From the NCBI RefSeq assembly GCF_964355755.1, contig NC_092672.1:18861237-18925236 (forward strand): a stretch of 64,000 nt of DNA. Direction: 5' to 3'. This document shows, one piece after another, positions 61,191-64,000 of the stretch. A program made the translations under genes and the position numbers. The stretch comes from Antedon mediterranea. Lineage: Eukaryota; Animalia; Echinodermata. The stretch's first letter is position 1; every line of letters starts with the position of its first letter. A model generated the notes under the pieces. The model saw nothing but the letters and a program-made list of their open reading frames with translations, did no database searches and had not been told where the DNA came from.

Positions 61191-62754
61191 TTCAAACACA
61201 AATTTGAAATAAAAAATATTTCTCAGAGGGACAATATATCTTTAAAACTGTTACGTCAATAAGCGAGCAGCGTTTTTTGTAAGAAATATTTCTTGTTTAT
61301 TATTGATTTTGATCAGATAATAGACAATGTTAACGGCACCCCAATCTACTGGACTATGTTCGATTTATAATTACAAGATGCTGCGAAATTTAGACCTTTC
61401 GATCATCCGCGATCACAAGAAATGCCTTAACAAAATATGAGATAAAGATACAATGTTTATTCTTAACATTTGAAGAACGCCCGCCTTCAATGTACAAGCA
61501 ATGTGTTCTCGATCTTAGCCGGTTAATCTATTAAACACTGTAGAAATTCAGTAAAGAATGTATTTTTTTTATTAGTTTTTAATACACACATGTTGACAGT
61601 TTACTGTAGGCCTTCCATGACATCTTTACCTTATTACAACTCAGTTCATTGTCTGGTCAGTCATAGAGATAAGCTTAATTACAATATCATACATTAATTG
61701 TTTTATATATGGAGTATTATGTATTGAATATCTGTATATTCATGATATGAGTAGTAAAACTTTTCTGGAAATCTTGTGACCATCTTCTACACCAAATACA
61801 AATAGTTATATATTTTGGCTCAAACATCTACTATCTAGTGATTGTTTGATAAAGCATCACATAATTAAATGTAGATTCTACTAGTCAACTTTCCCAATAC
61901 CAAATACCCTTTGGCTGGCCTAATATTTATGGTATCTGGTATTAGAAATGCTTTCTAATGGTAAAAATGAATTTAGGACCTTTTGAACCTCAATAAGTTT
62001 GGAATTAGGAGAGTACATCAGCACTTTCAATAATAATAAATACTAGATACTAGGTACTGTATTCACTAATTCTCGAAAAATTACTCACAACTTTGAGTGT
62101 ACCGTTTATAACACCTGTACTCAAACTTTGCATTTTTACATGGCCACATTTTTCTTCCACATATGATTTAAGTGGAAGAGTATTTAAATGTTTTCTCCAT
62201 AATATTAAGCAAATGTACTGGTTTTTGATAAAAACTATGGGCCTTGGTGCCTCTGAAATAGTAGGCCTTCTATTTCTGGCACCTTTATTCTTAGTTTTAA
62301 CCAGAAACGTTCATGGCAAAGTCTATTTATATACTGTAGTCTGATAGCACATTTGACTGGACAGTTTAGAAGTGGTTCACTTATTCAATCAGTAGTGTTC
62401 ACATTCTTTTTTCATAGGTAATTGAGGCAACATCCACCACCAGTATTATACATTGTATATTTATCATAACTGTTCTGTTGACATTGATATCTTGCATAAC
62501 CTTGCTAACATCCCAGCAAGTTGAAGTAATGAGTTCATTCCTTCTGTTATCTTCATATTAGTGAATCCAATTTCCTATGAAGCAAAAATGTAAAGGTTCT
62601 CATAATTATATGAATTTAAGTTGTATACTTTAGATAATTTCGACACATTGTGCCCATTGCTTAGTAATGAGACTACCCATATTGACGGCCTGTTTAAAGT
62701 ACAAAAACATGCTTTACATATTTGTGCAGGGCAATCTTATAGATCACATTTCAA

Positions 62755-63240
62755 ACTAGAATGGCACTCCGAGAGTGCATACTGTACCTCCGCCTACTGT
62801 AAAATTCTCCTACATGAATTTTCACCGGAAAAATGTTTTTTTTTATTTTCGTGTCTTAATAATGCTGTTTTTAAAAATCAAAAAACCTGTACATTAAATA
62901 AAATTAGGTTTTAAAATTACAAATCACAAAGTATAACTCTTGCCTCTTGTACAAAAATAAAGTGTTTTGGAGAAGTAGTTCCTCGTGAAAATGTAATTTC
63001 AGTTTACTTTAAGACTGCTTACCAGCTTTTAAAAATTGTCTCCTATTTTTTAACAAAACAGGTCTGAAAATAATACTAGAAAGTGGTCCAGAATTGGGAC
63101 CTTGGTCCAGATTGCCTCTAAAGTTTAATGGAGTGGTATCTATCTGTATTTTTATTTTGGTAAAGATCTTGCAATAACTTTTTGAGTAATCTTGCTAACA
63201 AACAAACAGACAGACAAACACATGCGATCGACTGCATACA
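62755..63240 (+). repeat. HINE-like element copy
   Basis: Start actagaatggcactccgagagtgc, body ggtctgaaaataatacta...gtggtcca, (CAAA/CAGA)n end. Confidence 0.65.
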
Positions 63241-63411
63241 CTTTGTTTAACGTTCGAAACATTTATGATTTGAATAAGCTACAGATAGCTTTGCTTATGT
63301 TTCGCTTATCTAAAAATAGTTTGCCTTCTCATGAATGTTCTCCATTTTAAATAAACTGCTGAAGGTCATAAACATAACAGTAGTATTTGGATAAATAATT
63401 TGATTTCTGAT

Positions 63412-63579
63412 AAAGTGTGGTTCCCACTAGCGACGCAACACAAGGACGTAACGCAACACAAGTGAATTGACCAATCACAAGCGATGGCTTATTCGCTTGT
63501 GATTGCTAACTGTCTATAACTTCGCTTGTCATTGGTTAAAACGTTTGCCTTGCGTTACGTTCTAGTGGGAACCAAGCTT
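63412..63579. mobile_element. MITE (Harbinger/PIF-like)
   Basis: TIR tggttcccactag / ctagtgggaacca and an internal imperfect inverted repeat. Confidence 0.7.
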
Positions 63580-64000
63580 CAGTTGTTATTTAAGCCCCGT
63601 TGTAAATTTTTATGTTCGACCTAAGAGCTGGAGTGTTATTTCACACAAGTTAAAAAGTAAATTTACAGTCTCCAATTTTAAACACAATTACAGAAAGCAT
63701 TTAGTCTCTGAATGGGGGCGTGGATAAGTTGAGGTTGGAACTGTTAGGTATTTCAAGTAAACAATTTACTTCTGCTTACAATACTAGTTTACTTGAATTG
63801 AAGTTGAATCAAATTCCTTCATACTGATAACATACAAAAATATATAAATAAAGAATGGTTTAGATTATTTTACAATATTTTAAATAAAGAAAATACAAAC
63901 CTTGATAAATTCTAGTTTTAAAAACTCAGCCATATTGTGAGTTTTGCAGACACGAAAAATATTGCCTATGATGTCCTCTGATGCATAGCCTAAATGGTAG

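Noticed and set aside
55114-62914. Short ORFs in the last 10 kb
   Set aside because: Under 100 aa, low-complexity or repeat-derived, with no recognisable domains.

Overview
AT-rich metazoan (probably invertebrate deuterostome; inference) genomic DNA. From 3.5 to 53.2 kb there is a head-to-tail, all plus-strand tandem array of 12 genes with uninterrupted coding sequences (G1-G12; 11 intact, G5 with a single nonsense codon). Each encodes a ~445 aa type-I membrane protein of the immunoglobulin superfamily: signal peptide, three Ig domains (nectin/CADM/Kirre-like layout), stalk, TM and a ~75 aa Tyr-motif tail. Four decayed fragments of the same family lie between the genes. Divergence is strongly polarised. 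Ig1 is highly variable and mosaic between paralogs, while a ~324 bp TM+cytoplasmic block is almost identical at nucleotide level in all 12 genes, with sharp borders. A short conserved motif (AAACG[A/C]G[A/T]AACAYAAC) sits ~110-155 bp upstream of the start codons; it is degenerate in G1, G4 and G7 and not visible upstream of the two decayed 5' copies. Together this suggests a variable-ectodomain / constant-signalling-tail receptor cluster, analogous to clustered protocadherins, chelicerate sDscam or Hydractinia Alr, built by gene conversion rather than splicing (inference). Intergenic DNA holds LINE fragments (Tx1/L1-like, CR1-group-like), Penelope-like fragments with hammerhead-like motifs, tRNA-derived SINEs, MITEs and Helentron-associated repeats. 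The last ~11 kb has no recognisable host CDS.
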